Virus record (IMG/VR): IMGVR_UViG_3300036796_000272
Span: 1 to 32,487 of that record
Direction: 5' to 3' (one strand)
Length of the DNA: 32,487 nt
From: a virus
Lineage: Duplodnaviria > Caudoviricetes
Shown here: positions 7,946 through 16,726 of the stretch, piece by piece
Numbering within the stretch: the first letter of the stretch is position 1
Layout: every line of letters begins with the position of its first letter
Notes under the pieces: model-generated
The model's input: only the letters and a program-made list of their open reading frames with translations
Database searches by the model: none
What the model was told of the DNA's origin: nothing
Made by a program: the position numbers and the translations under genes

Positions 7946-8044
7946 ATGAAGAATGAACTCGCAACAGCAATTACCATAGGAAGCATACTACTGTTCGTCA
8001 TCCTAATTGGTGCGCCGAATTTTGTAACAACTATGGTGCCATGA
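7946..8044 (+). CDS. 32-aa single-pass membrane peptide MKNELATAITIGSILLFVILIGAPNFVTTMVP
   Basis: Translated by hand. Fills the gap between the ariR-like stop and the terminator, has one hydrophobic helix and a weak purine-rich RBS. Confidence 0.55.
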   Translation: MKNELATAITIGSILLFVILIGAPNFVTTMVP

Positions 8045-8069
8045 CCATTTTCCGTTAACTTCCAAAATA

Positions 8070-8096
8070 AAAGCCCGCATCGCTGCGGGCTTTTTT
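8070..8096. terminator. Bidirectional intrinsic terminator, copy 2
   Basis: aaagcccgca-tcgc-tgcgggctttttt between convergent genes. Confidence 0.9.
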
Positions 8097-8097
8097 C

Positions 8098-8619
8098 TTA
8101 GGCGCCGGGCGCCACCGGCCAGTCAATATCCGGGGCTGACATATCAAGACGATTCAGCGTCACACGGTATTTTTTCCAGTCCGCCAACAGCGCTTTTTCT
8201 GCCTCGGTCGCCATATCCAAATCAACAGCATCCTGAAGCGGCGCAATAGCCGCGCCCGCTATCGCCAGCAATTCATTTTTTCTGGCTTCAGCCCTCGCCA
8301 TCTTTTCTTCTGCGGAATAGGCGCGCGGGCTCACCTTCTTACCGTCAAAGACCCACTCACCATTAGCCAGACAGCGCTTTGGCAGTTTCGTTGGGTTCAG
8401 CTCAATAACCGATAAGCCAATCGGCCACAGCATCGACACATCGCTGTTAATCGCGCAGATAATGCCGCTTTCGTCATAAGCCAGTTTTACGGTGTCCGGC
8501 GAAAACAATTTTTGCGCGGCGTACCAGTCAATACCGTTATCATCCTGAAGATAAATCACGTTCTCGCCGAGGAATAATTCTTCCGGCGTGTATCGCTTCA
8601 AATTCTTAATGTGTTGCAT
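8098..8619 (-). CDS. G: Tail fibre assembly chaperone (gpG-like)
   Basis: IAPLQDAVDLDMATEAEKALLADWKKYRV..NR.D...PDIDWP. Start taken at MQHIKN, just after the H stop. Confidence 0.92.
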   Translation of the reverse strand: MQHIKNLKRYTPEELFLGENVIYLQDDNGIDWYAAQKLFSPDTVKLAYDESGIICAINSDVSMLWPIGLSVIELNPTKLPKRCLANGEWVFDGKKVSPRAYSAEEKMARAEARKNELLAIAGAAIAPLQDAVDLDMATEAEKALLADWKKYRVTLNRLDMSAPDIDWPVAPGA

Positions 8620-8620
8620 T

Positions 8621-11155
8621 TTACACCGTTCCAATTGTTGCCCATGTGCCGTTAATCAGCACCTGAACCGCTGAATAAGCGCCCCAGATTGAGGGGTTGT
8701 AGTTTGAGCCGGACATACCCGTATAAACACAGCCCGACGGTAAATCGATGCGCCCGCCGGTATCCGCAATAACCGTGCGCCCGGCCATGCGCACACCCTG
8801 AACCAAATTCTGATAGGCCCAGTTCTGCGCATTGTTCTGCGCAGCCGAGATATTTTGATTAAGCCAGTTGCTGAGGTAGCCGCCCCAGCAACTGCCCTGA
8901 ACGTTGCCGTCCGGATGCCACGTTGTCCCGCTGGATGTGGTGATCGCAGGCCATTTACCGCCGATATGAATACCCGACTCAAAAGCGGCGGCGCCGGTTC
9001 TGACATCCACAGAGAACGGACGCAGGGCGTTGAATGTGCCGTATTGGTCATTTTCGTTTGTCAGCAGCAGATAAAGCCGGTTGCCGTCATTGCGCCAGAA
9101 GGAACCGAACCCGCCGCCGACCATGCGATAATTATCAATATGGGTAGATTGGATCTCCGCGCTGGCCTTTAGCGTTCCGGTTAACTGCCCGCCGGTCTTC
9201 GCAAGATAGCGGCCATCTGCTTCGGTTTTATTCCAGGCATTAACGTCACCGGCCAACAAATTGACATCAGCGGACAACGGCTTACCGTTCACCTTGATAG
9301 AGCGCAGCGCGTATTTCTGCGCGGCTTGCGCGTCGGTCAGCGCGCCAACATCAGCAGCCGTTGGCTTGTAGTGTGTCGTGTACACCTGCGCCCAAGCTTT
9401 AGCCGTCGCCGGATTATCTTCCCGAGGAGAACGTAGCCAAAATTCCGTATTACCCGAGCCGATCGCAAATTGGACATGCCGGTATTTGTTGAGTTTGAAC
9501 GTCATCAAATTACCGAGATTGCCTTTAGTCAGTGGATAGCCGACTGATTTATCGCCGAGCTGTTCAAGCGTGAAACCATCCGGACGTGTGATGTCACTGT
9601 CAGCATTCGTGGCCTGCAAGCCTTCACTGGGGAAAACCACGCGCGGCAACGCAAGCGCCCCGCTCATGGTGTCGCCCGCCCGTTTCACAAAGCGCCCATC
9701 GGCTTCGGTTTTGTTCCATGCGTTGACATCCCCCGCCAACAGATTGACATCCCCGCTCAACGGTTTGCCGTTCACCTTGATGGATCGGAGCGCATATTTC
9801 TGCATAGCCTGCGCATCCGTCAGCGCACCGGTTTCTTGCGCGGTAGGCGGTTTCGCCGTCGTATAAATACGCGGATTTGCTCCCTGATTAGCTTCAGCGC
9901 CCCAATGCAGCTCGTCATCGATCCCCATACCAAGGCGCATTAACGCCTTTCCGGCGACTTGGAAACCGATTGATAAATTACTTTGTGCTGAAGGGCGGCT
10001 CATGACCAACGGCGTATGCTGGTTTCCCTCAATACTCAGTGAATCCCCATCCGTTTCAGCGCTACCGGGCTTAATAGCAAGTTTTTTAACCGTGCCGCCG
10101 GACAGCATCAGAAAACGACCGTCAGCTTCGGTTTTACTCCATGCACCGACATCGGCGGCCGTTGGTTTGTAATCCGTGGTGTAAATCCGTGACCACACCA
10201 CCCCATTTTCCGGCCGGTTAGAACGGCCAATAAAGCCGTGCCCCAACCCCGACACGCTGACATAGCCCGTTGAGGGTGCGGCATCGCAAGGCAAGCTCAG
10301 CACCCCGGCGGCAATATTTCCAGCGATCGGCGGCTTGTTCTCAGAGGTCGCATTCAGCCGGTAAATTTGCGCAGTGTTGCAATAAGCGTTATCGAAAGCC
10401 CGCGCGCCCGCGCCCAGACCAAACGCACCGACCTCCATCAACTGCCCGCCCTCTACCCCGACGTTTTTCGTCGCGGCCGTACCTAACGCCAGATTGCCAC
10501 GCGCGGCGGCCTTGTCGGGCAAGTCGGACAGATTGGCGGCCTTTTTCATGCTGGCATCGCTGACCGTTTTAAGCGCCTTCGGCGTGCTGGCTTTCGTTTC
10601 GTCGGCACTGGTTGTCGCGCTGCTCAACTGTACCAGCCCTTTCGCTATGGTGCTGGCATCCGGATGATTGCGGGTTTTCTCATGCGCGGCGATCGCCTCA
10701 GCCACAAAATCTTTTGTCGCCAGCACGGTGTCATCACCGGCGATCACCTGAATCGCTTCGGAACTGCTGACAATCAAAATCATGCGCAGCGTCTGCGTGC
10801 GGCCGCTGCCTTCTGCCAGCTTCGGCTTGTAGCTCTCCGCCATATTGCTGACGGCAATCAGCGTCCCGGCCTCGTCATAGAGGCCCATTTCACGCAGCCA
10901 GAAGCCGCCGACGTTCGCCGGAATAATCATTTCGGCCAGAATGTGATTTTTCACTGCCTTATCAATAGTCAGCCCATTGAGCGCCGCACGGCATTTCTCA
11001 TTGACGAGCGTTGTTTGTGCCGGGTTAGGTGTCGGCAGCGTGCCGTTTCCGTCGCCGACGGCCATAGAGACGATTTTCAACTGCGTGCCGCCCGCGCTGG
11101 CGGCGGCAATCTTGGCCGCCCCGGCGGTGGTAATAATCGCTTTGTATTTGCTCAT
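8621..11155 (-). CDS. H: Tail fibre protein with internal repeats
   Basis: P2 H N-terminus (MAVGDGNG, GGFWLREMGL, EGSGRTQTLRM) followed by repeated modules. Confidence 0.95.
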   Translation of the reverse strand: MSKYKAIITTAGAAKIAAASAGGTQLKIVSMAVGDGNGTLPTPNPAQTTLVNEKCRAALNGLTIDKAVKNHILAEMIIPANVGGFWLREMGLYDEAGTLIAVSNMAESYKPKLAEGSGRTQTLRMILIVSSSEAIQVIAGDDTVLATKDFVAEAIAAHEKTRNHPDASTIAKGLVQLSSATTSADETKASTPKALKTVSDASMKKAANLSDLPDKAAARGNLALGTAATKNVGVEGGQLMEVGAFGLGAGARAFDNAYCNTAQIYRLNATSENKPPIAGNIAAGVLSLPCDAAPSTGYVSVSGLGHGFIGRSNRPENGVVWSRIYTTDYKPTAADVGAWSKTEADGRFLMLSGGTVKKLAIKPGSAETDGDSLSIEGNQHTPLVMSRPSAQSNLSIGFQVAGKALMRLGMGIDDELHWGAEANQGANPRIYTTAKPPTAQETGALTDAQAMQKYALRSIKVNGKPLSGDVNLLAGDVNAWNKTEADGRFVKRAGDTMSGALALPRVVFPSEGLQATNADSDITRPDGFTLEQLGDKSVGYPLTKGNLGNLMTFKLNKYRHVQFAIGSGNTEFWLRSPREDNPATAKAWAQVYTTHYKPTAADVGALTDAQAAQKYALRSIKVNGKPLSADVNLLAGDVNAWNKTEADGRYLAKTGGQLTGTLKASAEIQSTHIDNYRMVGGGFGSFWRNDGNRLYLLLTNENDQYGTFNALRPFSVDVRTGAAAFESGIHIGGKWPAITTSSGTTWHPDGNVQGSCWGGYLSNWLNQNISAAQNNAQNWAYQNLVQGVRMAGRTVIADTGGRIDLPSGCVYTGMSGSNYNPSIWGAYSAVQVLINGTWATIGTV
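9206..9829 (-). repeat. Two copies of a 47-codon tail fibre repeat (9206-9346 and 9689-9829)
   Basis: GALTDAQAxQKYALRSIKVNGKPLSxDVNLLAGDVNAWNKTEADGR(F/Y), 44/47 aa identical. Confidence 0.95.
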
Positions 11156-11164
11156 GGTTTTCTC

Positions 11165-11698
11165 TTATCCGGGGTAAACGGTAATGACATCGCCATCAAT
11201 AGCGGCCGCGCCGGTGTAAATCCGGCCGGGGATGTCCTGCAAAATGTTGAGGCCGATCAGGTGGCGGCTCAGGGGCTTGGCGTCGGCGATAAGGCGCTCC
11301 ATTTCCTGATACATTTCCTCGGTGATGCCGGTTTCAAGCACGCCAATATCCAAACGAAACGTGCCGGGCGGATCGTCGCCGTCGGTGTGGAACCATTCGA
11401 TAACGTTAATCAGGTAGCCGAGCGGCTCCACCACGCGGCGCACGGCGCCGATGGTGCCCTTGTGCCGGTGAATGTAGAACGCAGCGGACACCACGCCCCG
11501 CTTGACGTCCTCCGGCCACGCCTCATCCCAGCGATCGACAGAGAACGCCCACGCCAGATAGGGCAGCAGATGCACCGGGCAGGTTTTCGGGTTCCACAAA
11601 TCACGCAGGGGAACCGGCACGCGCTCCAGCTCGGCACACGCGGCAGCGGCGGCAACTTCCAGCGGTGATGAGCCGACAGGCAATAAGCGGTTAGTCAT
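11165..11698 (-). CDS. I: Tail/baseplate protein gpI
   Basis: LLP.GSSPLE, LLPYLAWAFSVDRWD, HRHKGTIGA. Confidence 0.95.
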   Translation of the reverse strand: MTNRLLPVGSSPLEVAAAAACAELERVPVPLRDLWNPKTCPVHLLPYLAWAFSVDRWDEAWPEDVKRGVVSAAFYIHRHKGTIGAVRRVVEPLGYLINVIEWFHTDGDDPPGTFRLDIGVLETGITEEMYQEMERLIADAKPLSRHLIGLNILQDIPGRIYTGAAAIDGDVITVYPG

Positions 11699-12599
11699 CG
11701 GCGCGCCCCGGTATGATGTTCACGCCTGTGCAGTAACCCGCCTGCGTTTTATCCAGCACGATGTCGATGGCCGGTTGAGCAACCTCAACACGTTCAACAC
11801 CTTCTACGGTCAGCGCTGCGATGATGCCGGAGCGCCGGATGCTGCGACCTAAGCGGCGCATTGTCAGCACATAATTTTGCAAACGTTGTTTCGCCTCCGT
11901 GAGGATCGGCGCAACCTCCGGGCCGGGATAGAGAAACAGCGTGGCATCAATGCCATAGCGGGTTATTTTGGCCGCTTGCACGATGACCCGATCGGCGACC
12001 GGGCGCACGTCCTCATCATTCAGCGCATCGCGGACAACCTGCAACAGCTCAGGGCTGGCGGTGCCGTCGCCGTCCCGTGACAACACGGTGACGGTCACGT
12101 TAGCCGGTGATGGGCTGATTGCTGTCACATCGGCCACCCGGCCATCAGCCGAGCGGGCGTGAAAACGATAGGAACCGGCCGATCCCGCTGTGCTCATGCC
12201 TTCGAAAGCATCCTGCAGGCGCAGGCGGTAATCTTCATCCGCTTCCATGATTGCCGGTGTCGGCGGAATGGTGCTCTCATCCGCCGGGGCGATCACCAGT
12301 CGCGGCGTGTTGAAGTTTTCGCCGAGCTGGTCGAGGTCTTCGCCGGTGGAATACGCCAGCATCACCGCTTTCGCGGCATCGTTGACGCGCTGGCGTAAAA
12401 TCACCTCGCGGTAGGCGTTTTCCTGCAACAGCTTAACGATCGGCTCCGACTCCAGCGCCAGAGTGCGCGCGACGGCCTCCCGCTGTTCCTCCGGGTAAAG
12501 CGAAATCAGCGTCGCCTTACGCTCTGCCAAAATGTCTTCATAATCCAGCACCTCAACGACGATCGGCGCGGGCAGTTGGCTTAAATCGATAGTTGCCAT
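11691..12599 (-). CDS. J: Baseplate wedge protein gpJ
   Basis: MATIDLSQLPAP, LESEPIVKLLQENAYRE; 302 aa. Confidence 0.96.
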   Translation of the reverse strand: MATIDLSQLPAPIVVEVLDYEDILAERKATLISLYPEEQREAVARTLALESEPIVKLLQENAYREVILRQRVNDAAKAVMLAYSTGEDLDQLGENFNTPRLVIAPADESTIPPTPAIMEADEDYRLRLQDAFEGMSTAGSAGSYRFHARSADGRVADVTAISPSPANVTVTVLSRDGDGTASPELLQVVRDALNDEDVRPVADRVIVQAAKITRYGIDATLFLYPGPEVAPILTEAKQRLQNYVLTMRRLGRSIRRSGIIAALTVEGVERVEVAQPAIDIVLDKTQAGYCTGVNIIPGRADD

Positions 12600-12603
12600 G
12601 GTT

Positions 12604-12954
12604 TCAGCTCACAGGAACAGACAGCGACAGCGCGCCGGGGGCATCGGTGCGGGTGCCGGTGATGTCGATCACCATCTTGCCGTCATAGGTGGTATTAAAA
12701 GCAATGCCGGTCAGCTTGACGCGCGGCTCCCACGCCAAAATCGCGCTGTAACAGGCGGCCATGATCTGCAGGCGCAGCGCGTCGTTCTGCGGCTGGTCGA
12801 GCAGCTCAGAGAGCAACGAGCCATAATCACGGCGCATCGGGCGCGAACCCTGCGGCGTGATCAGGATGTCCGCCACGGACTGGCGAATATGTTCGATGTC
12901 CGTCAGCGTGCGGCCGGTGCCTCGGTTCATGCCGATATATTTGGCGCTGTTCAT
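12604..12954 (-). CDS. W: Baseplate protein gpW (gp25-like)
   Basis: HIRQSVADILITPQGSRPMRRDYGS, WEPRV. Confidence 0.95.
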   Translation of the reverse strand: MNSAKYIGMNRGTGRTLTDIEHIRQSVADILITPQGSRPMRRDYGSLLSELLDQPQNDALRLQIMAACYSAILAWEPRVKLTGIAFNTTYDGKMVIDITGTRTDAPGALSLSVPVS

Positions 12955-13091
12955 GACAGCAGCAGCCCGATAAACAGGAACCAGCCCCAGCCGGACACTC
13001 CATTAAGAGCCAGCATGACAGCACCCGATAAGGCAATCGCAGCACCCAATCGAGAAACAAGAGCGGCCAAAATTACTGATAGGGTTTTCAT
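12951..13091 (-). CDS. Small hydrophobic protein (46 aa) inserted between V and W
   Basis: GAGGA RBS 7 nt before MKTLSVIL...; its stop overlaps the W start (ATGA); two hydrophobic segments ending GWGWFLFIGLLLS. Confidence 0.65.
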   Translation of the reverse strand: MKTLSVILAALVSRLGAAIALSGAVMLALNGVSGWGWFLFIGLLLS

Positions 13092-13101
13092 ACAGGTGTC
13101 C

Positions 13102-13731
13102 TCATGAGGGTTCATCGGTTCTCCCGCCGCCGATCTGGACGCCGCCGTGGGTGTGCGTATCAACAACAACTCCGTTGGATGAGAACGAGCCGCCGCTATG
13201 CTCAATGTTCCCGCGCATCGCCCCGCCTTTTTGCACGTCCAGCGTGCCGGTGGTGAGCTTGTTGGTGCAGACCACCTCCGGCGCATCGAGCGTGATTTTG
13301 TCAGCCTTAACGATCACCACTTTGGTGCTGGCGGTGATGGACTCCGACGCCTGCACGTCAGCGGTTTTAATGCCGGACACGCTCAGCGCGCCGGTTTCCG
13401 GTTCATACTCGATGACCGCGCCATCCGGAAACGCGATATGCAGCGCATCCGCCGACGCAGACGGGGCCGGGAAGTCGTCAGAGAAAATGCCGCACAGTAC
13501 AAACGCGGTATCGAGTTCGCCACCCAGCGCAAAGATCAGCACCTGCTCACCGACCGAGGGCGCCGACCAGCTGCGAGTACGCCCGGCGCGACAGGTTAGC
13601 CAGTTGAGCCAGTCGGTAAGATTGCCGCCGGTTTCGACGCGGCACAGGCCGTTATCAAGGTCAACGGTGCTCACGGTGCCGATGCGGATCAGGTTGCGCA
13701 GCAGGCGCAAAATGTCGTGTTGATTGTTCAT
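13102..13731 (-). CDS. V: Baseplate spike gpV
   Basis: NLIRIGTV, APSVGEQV, FPDGAVIEY and HTHGGV iron-binding tip. Start reassigned to MNNQH. Confidence 0.95.
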   Translation of the reverse strand: MNNQHDILRLLRNLIRIGTVSTVDLDNGLCRVETGGNLTDWLNWLTCRAGRTRSWSAPSVGEQVLIFALGGELDTAFVLCGIFSDDFPAPSASADALHIAFPDGAVIEYEPETGALSVSGIKTADVQASESITASTKVVIVKADKITLDAPEVVCTNKLTTGTLDVQKGGAMRGNIEHSGGSFSSNGVVVDTHTHGGVQIGGGRTDEPS

Positions 13732-13774
13732 GCTGGAAGGATGCCGCCCGGCGCGGGCGGCGACAACGCGATGA

Positions 13775-13798
13775 GGTTGGAAGATCGGAGGCACAACA
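13775..13798 (-). promoter_or_regulatory. Ogr-binding site of late promoter pV
   Basis: TGTTGTGCCTCCGATCTTCCAACC, 23/24 identical to the pO/pP site and centred about 55 nt upstream of the V ATG. Confidence 0.8.
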
Positions 13799-13803
13799 GG
13801 GGG

Positions 13804-14250
13804 TTATTCTGTGAGGTGTTCTATCACGGCCGTTTCTATGATTTTGACGTCATCCGGGCCAAATCCCAGTAACGGACGGGCCTCATATTTTACCGCCTCG
13901 CTGTGCGGCGTCGGCCGATCGCGTAGGCCGTAATGGTGAACGTTTACCATGCGTTTCACACGCCCGACAAACTCAACCACGGCCGCATCGCTGTTGCCCT
14001 GGGCTTTCAGATAGCGGGCCGTGCGCAGCTTGGAGAACATCGCCCGATCGCGCAGGCGCTTTTTGCTGCGAAGCCGCGTTTTGCGCGGCGCGTAAGGTGT
14101 ACCGTCCGGCGCCTGCTGGCGTTTGATGTGTTGCTGTTGACCGGCGCGCAGTCGCTTTGACACGGCAACGGCCAGCGACTTACGCGACTGCGGCGACAGC
14201 TTGGCAATCAGCCCGGCCAGCCGGGTGTCAAAGGGGTTAAGCTCGCTCAT
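13804..14250 (-). CDS. S: Tail completion protein gpS
   Basis: QQAPDGTPYAPRK, MFSKLRTARYLK, VHHYGLRDR, RPLLGF. Confidence 0.93.
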   Translation of the reverse strand: MSELNPFDTRLAGLIAKLSPQSRKSLAVAVSKRLRAGQQQHIKRQQAPDGTPYAPRKTRLRSKKRLRDRAMFSKLRTARYLKAQGNSDAAVVEFVGRVKRMVNVHHYGLRDRPTPHSEAVKYEARPLLGFGPDDVKIIETAVIEHLTE

Positions 14251-14713
14251 GCCATTCACTCACTAATTCGCCGTGAACAAAGAGCTGCATCGGCCGCGTC
14301 ACGTCCTCCGGTAACGGCGGCTCCGGCAGGTGCTCAACATGCAACGCGCCATCGCCTTGCTCGAGCACCAAAACACGTTCGGTCAGCTGCAGCGACACGC
14401 TGAAATCGTAAGAGCCGTTGTTGTTAAAGTCGCTCGCAAAGGTGATCCCGGTGCGGCGCTTTTCCTCCGTTGCCATGATGTCCGGCTGGTTTTCCCGTAG
14501 CCATGCCTGAACCGGCACCATGATTAAATCCAGATCGCCGGTATAGTCCAAAAACAGCAGGTTCAGCGTATAGCGGTACTCATGGGACAGCGAGACGGCA
14601 AGCGTGGCGGCCACATTGCCGCGCTCTACCCGAACTTGCAGGTTTTCAGGGTTGCGCTGTAGCCACGGCAGGCAGCGTGTCAGCTCAGCGCGGAGCTGTT
14701 GCGGTTTTAACAT
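14237..14713 (-). CDS. R: Tail completion protein gpR
   Basis: MLKPQQLR, SLSHEYRYTLNL, WLRENQPD, LQLTERV. Confidence 0.93.
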   Translation of the reverse strand: MLKPQQLRAELTRCLPWLQRNPENLQVRVERGNVAATLAVSLSHEYRYTLNLLFLDYTGDLDLIMVPVQAWLRENQPDIMATEEKRRTGITFASDFNNNGSYDFSVSLQLTERVLVLEQGDGALHVEHLPEPPLPEDVTRPMQLFVHGELVSEWHERA

Positions 14714-14966
14714 CGTGTTGTTCCTGACAGTGTTTTATCGTTTCGACCTGCACCGCGCAGGCCGCCAAGGCGTTTTCAAGCTGGCGAATATCGGCGCTCA
14801 GATCGCCGTTAGTCGCCGGGCGGCTGGCCGGGATTTGGCACGGACTCACTTTCGGACAGCCAACGTAGATAATCCGCGGCGCCGGTGAAGCCGGGGCGCT
14901 GGTGCAGCCGGGCAACGTCAGCAGGCAAAGCAGTGTTAAACCAATCGCGTAATTGCTGATTTTCAT
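14685..14966 (-). CDS. lysC: Outer-membrane spanin lipoprotein LysC (Rz1-like)
   Basis: Lipobox LPGC; GCPKV.PC..P...P.TNGDLSADIRQLE.AL..CA; overlaps lysB. Confidence 0.92.
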   Translation of the reverse strand: MKISNYAIGLTLLCLLTLPGCTSAPASPAPRIIYVGCPKVSPCQIPASRPATNGDLSADIRQLENALAACAVQVETIKHCQEQHDVKTATAPR

Positions 14967-15237
14967 TGAGTAGCCTCTGTATTTTCTGCTCGCGCGTCAG
15001 TGCCAGCCGGTGCGCGGCGTTTAGGTCGCCCCTTAACTTTTCCTCTTCCTGCGCCAGCACACCTGCCGCCGCCTGCAGCGTGTCGATCGCCGCGCGGGTA
15101 TCGGTCAGCGCCGCCGCAATCCGGCCGTTCTCCTGCCGGGCGCTTTCCAGCCGTTCCCCCAACGTGACAACCTGCCATTTCATCCAACCGGCGACGACCA
15201 GCGCCAGCACCAGAAACCAGCCGATCGCGCGGCTCAT
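14809..15237 (-). CDS. lysB: Inner-membrane spanin LysB (Rz-like)
   Basis: N-terminal TM helix, coiled coil, I.RLLNEN..LR.W..T.LP.DV.RL..RP. Start MSRAIG overlaps the endolysin stop. Confidence 0.92.
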   Translation of the reverse strand: MSRAIGWFLVLALVVAGWMKWQVVTLGERLESARQENGRIAAALTDTRAAIDTLQAAAGVLAQEEEKLRGDLNAAHRLALTREQKIQRLLNENQQLRDWFNTALPADVARLHQRPGFTGAADYLRWLSESESVPNPGQPPGD

Positions 15238-15746
15238 GGCGCGGCCCCGATCAGGCAGTGGGCCAGCTCCGCCGCCCGGCGCCGTTCCAGCCCCGGCGAT
15301 TTGACGCCGTTGACGAACACCCAGCGCGGCAACTGCTGGCACGCGTTGCGCCAGTCCTGCCGCTTGATGAAACCGGCCAGCGTAGAGCCGCAAGCGGCCG
15401 TGACGCCGACGTTAAAGGCAAAGGACACCACCGCGTCATAAACCGGCGGCGGCATCGTGATAGGCATACAGCGGCCTATGCCGCGCTCCACGCGATACAC
15501 GTCGGCGACGAGGTTAACGGCAGCTTGGCGCTCGCTGATAACCGCGCCGGGCTTTACCCCGGCCGTGTGGCCGATGCCGCTTGTCCAGACGCCCGCCTGA
15601 CACTGGTAAGGGGATAAACGACAGCCCTCGAAATCGGCCAGCAGTCGCAACCCGGCCTCAGAGATCTGCAGTGCGCTGAATTGCGGCAGCAGCACCGCCA
15701 GCGCCAGCACGGCGGCCACGCTGCAGCGTTTAGCGATTGAGTTCAT
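15234..15746 (-). CDS. Endolysin, GH24 lysozyme with N-terminal hydrophobic (SAR-like) segment
   Basis: FEGCRLSPYQCQAGVWTSGIGHT (Cys at the usual Asp position), FAFNVG, GLERRRAAE. Confidence 0.92.
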   Translation of the reverse strand: MNSIAKRCSVAAVLALAVLLPQFSALQISEAGLRLLADFEGCRLSPYQCQAGVWTSGIGHTAGVKPGAVISERQAAVNLVADVYRVERGIGRCMPITMPPPVYDAVVSFAFNVGVTAACGSTLAGFIKRQDWRNACQQLPRWVFVNGVKSPGLERRRAAELAHCLIGAAP

Positions 15747-15939
15747 CGTAAACCCTCCGGCTAACGCCTAGCTTGTTCAACAGCTGGTAGCTTTTGCGGC
15801 GGTAGTACCAGTTAACGAGGAACGTCCCAACGCCAACGGCGGCGCCGACCATAAAGGCGATGTCCTGCGGACTGTATCGGCCAATCCAAGCGAGAAAGGC
15901 CGCTACGGTATAGGCCACCCACGACGTAATTTTCTCCAT
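15730..15939 (-). CDS. Holin (HP1/186 type)
   Basis: MEKITS..AY, hydrophobic helices, T.LVNWYYRRK; upstream of the endolysin. Alternative ATG at 15951. Confidence 0.9.
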   Translation of the reverse strand: MEKITSWVAYTVAAFLAWIGRYSPQDIAFMVGAAVGVGTFLVNWYYRRKSYQLLNKLGVSRRVYDELNR

Positions 15940-15941
15940 TG

Positions 15942-16145
15942 CTAATCCCATAAATTGACGGTTTCACGCTGCGGCGCGGCGGTCACGTCCGGCAGCTCTA
16001 CCGGGTGGCCGTGGGGCAATATTGCCCCAGCAGCGGCCAGCCCTTCATTTAGCGAATAAACCTGCTCAACCACGCCCTGCGTGCGCCCGTAGTAGCGCCA
16101 GCAAATCGCGTCAACGGTGTCGCCCTGCAGAGCGTAGACTCTCAT
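15942..16145 (-). CDS. X: Tail protein gpX (LysM-like)
   Basis: ALQGDTVDAICWRYYGRT...ETVNLWD. Confidence 0.95.
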   Translation of the reverse strand: MRVYALQGDTVDAICWRYYGRTQGVVEQVYSLNEGLAAAGAILPHGHPVELPDVTAAPQRETVNLWD

Positions 16146-16633
16146 CAGAGCAGTCCGATGATGCAGTGGCTACGCTCGGCCACGTTACTGATCGCGTTGC
16201 GGGCGTTGCGCCACAACTCACCGATCGAGGCTTCAACCACATCAGCCTTGCGGCCGCCGGTGGCGGTGGTGTCGAAACTGCGGTATTGCTCCGAGAGCGT
16301 CGCCATGGTCATTGCGCTGACCGCGTTGCGGTATTCGCTCACCCGCACGCTTTCGCCGTCGAGCTGTTCGCCCGGCACATCCTCAAGCCGCTGATAGCCG
16401 TCGGCCATCTGGTCGCGGCGGAAAATGAACAATTCGGCGTTCACCTCCGCGATCGCGCTTTTAATTGCCAGCCGCAGGCGCGGGGCGGTGATTGTGCCTT
16501 CAATGCGCATCACGTCGCGCACGTCCGCCGGGTCAATGTCCGGCCAGAAAAAGACGTTTTTAACGATCGGCTCATCCTCCGGGCGCGGTGCTGGCGCGTC
16601 CGGGCGTGGCCGTTGGATCACAACGGTGCTCAT
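16145..16633 (-). CDS. L: Head completion protein gpL
   Basis: FFWPDID, RLRLAI..AIAEVNAEL, YRSFDTT..G. Confidence 0.93.
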   Translation of the reverse strand: MSTVVIQRPRPDAPAPRPEDEPIVKNVFFWPDIDPADVRDVMRIEGTITAPRLRLAIKSAIAEVNAELFIFRRDQMADGYQRLEDVPGEQLDGESVRVSEYRNAVSAMTMATLSEQYRSFDTTATGGRKADVVEASIGELWRNARNAISNVAERSHCIIGLL

Positions 16634-16726
16634 ATGACCTCAGAAAGTTAGGGGGCGGTGGACGACGGCGTTAACGAGGTGAAACCTGTCGCGGCCGTCG
16701 TGCCGCCCGGCGCGGGGCGCGTTCTG

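Noticed and set aside
8098-11155. Invertible tail fibre cassette or diversity-generating retroelement
   Set aside because: No invertase, no reverse transcriptase, no inverted fibre copy; repeat differences are synonymous, not adenine-specific.
10664-11668. 334-aa plus-strand ORF
   Set aside because: Antisense to H and I; shadow ORF.
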